Shown: piece by piece, positions 62,797-64,000 of the stretch
Layout of the letters: each line of letters begins with the position of its first letter
How positions within the stretch are numbered: the first letter of the stretch is position 1
NCBI GenBank assembly: GCA_003990765.1
Contig: RBNJ01000014.1
Coordinates: 1 to 64,000 of the forward strand
DNA length: 64,000 nt
Source: Jimgerdemannia flammicorona
Taxonomy: Eukaryota
Direction of reading: 5' to 3'
Notes under the pieces: model-generated
Seen by the model: only the letters and a program-made list of their open reading frames with translations
The model's database searches: none
What the model was told of the DNA's origin: nothing
Translations under genes and position numbers: made by a program

Positions 62797-64000
62797 AGGT
62801 GAACGGAGAGAAGTTATTTCTTCTATGAATTCATACAAAGTAGGTGACAGGGGAGCAATTTCACGTTGTTGCGCTGATACGCTGAACGATAGCAGCGTCG
62901 TGGGAAAAGGAAAAATGAAAAGTAGCGAGAATGGGAGACAAGGAAAAAGGAATCCAATGTCATCGTCACTTTGGCTGATATCAGTTCATGTCTTGACAGT
63001 ATTAAACCTCATGAGTAATGGGTTATTCAAGCGTATTCTTTTAATTGGAATCCGTTGCAAAGTTAATATATAACTTCTCTATCACCCCCAAAAATACACT
63101 TGTGTAAGGGTTGCCGGTTTCGACACGCTTGAGATATGCGACATGAGTGGGCCTAAGCGCCAATGCTGGTGGATTACACATTGTGTTCCGTGCACTACAT
63201 ACTCGCTTCTTCCTTCAACCAGCGTTCTTAATGCACCATTTGAGAGGAACGCAGACAAGATCAATTTTGACATCATTTTCGTGAATGTATATACGCTTCA
63301 TAGAAAAACGACACCTTAATAAGCGTAGTCAATTGGTACGTTTGCATGTCAGGAAAGAAAATTTGTGCGCCAGGTGCGGGAAGATGTTGGTCGGGAGTCG
63401 GCCTGCACATGCCCGCTCGGGGTTGTGTGGGAATTCGGTGGAGCAAACGCGGGGAGACGCTTTGGAATGTGGTTGCGCGGAGGTGACCTACTGGGCGCCT
63501 GTTGGGCTGTCAAGTATAAAGATCGAAAGCGGTAAGTGTGCTTGTTAGTGAGGCGAGGTGCGACTTGGTATTGGGTTATGAGAAAATTTGAGTTGTCAAA
63601 AGTTGATGTTTTATATAAACATCACTCGTCGCCTCCACGTTTCGACGCGCAGTGCGGTGTGAGAGAATGACAGCGTGAGCGAAGTATAGATACACACTGT
63701 CCTTCGAACTAATTGCTCTGTTTGCTTAGTTGAGACAACCAAAAACAAGGAAAAAAAGATAGGAGTTTAAGCATTGCTTATATCAACGGGTAATCGTGTA
63801 TTTTATGGTGGTTCATAAGAAATATACTGTACATAATTCTATATCTATGCTCTAATTGTGAATAAAGTTGATGCTTCACAAATTGGTTAATCTAGTTTGC
63901 ATAATTCAAATACATTAAAAATAACATATGCTTAGGGTATATAGGAGTGTGTCTACATGGCGTAGCCGAACAGCGTAGTAAAATAGTAAAATAGGATTAC
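62797..64000. repeat. Segmental duplication unit B, upstream block (copy of 58765-59823), runs off the window
   Basis: Shared GTGACAGGGGAGC, GTGCACTACATAC, GTTGTCAAAAGTTGATGTTTTATATAAACATCACT, GTCTACATGGCGTAGCCGAACAGC. Confidence 0.88.

Overview
Eukaryotic, most likely fungal, DNA: it has spliceosomal introns, TATA boxes and fungal-style TE families, but the taxon cannot be fixed from sequence alone. Positions 1-54273 are a CpG-depleted, C-to-T-eroded nest of dead transposons. It holds three L1/Tx1-like LINEs, two complete and two partial Ty3/gypsy LTR elements (long LTRs, tRNA-Pro-type PBS, 4-bp TSDs where both ends are seen), a 6-kb hAT element with a second passenger gene, two hAT-type MITEs and a Ty1/copia remnant. 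Most junctions resolve to the base through target-site duplications. The standout feature is the gypsy polyprotein. Between protease and RT it carries a Cys/His module, an F-box-like motif and a dUTPase, conserved across two divergent families. Elements 1 and 2 also have an extra non-env ORF after integrase. From 54274 the DNA abruptly becomes CpG-normal. It holds a locally duplicated orphan family of ~177-aa proteins with predicted N-myristoylation (two intact copies, two disrupted, one fragment), a Tc1/IS630-type HTH remnant and a bZIP-site cluster.
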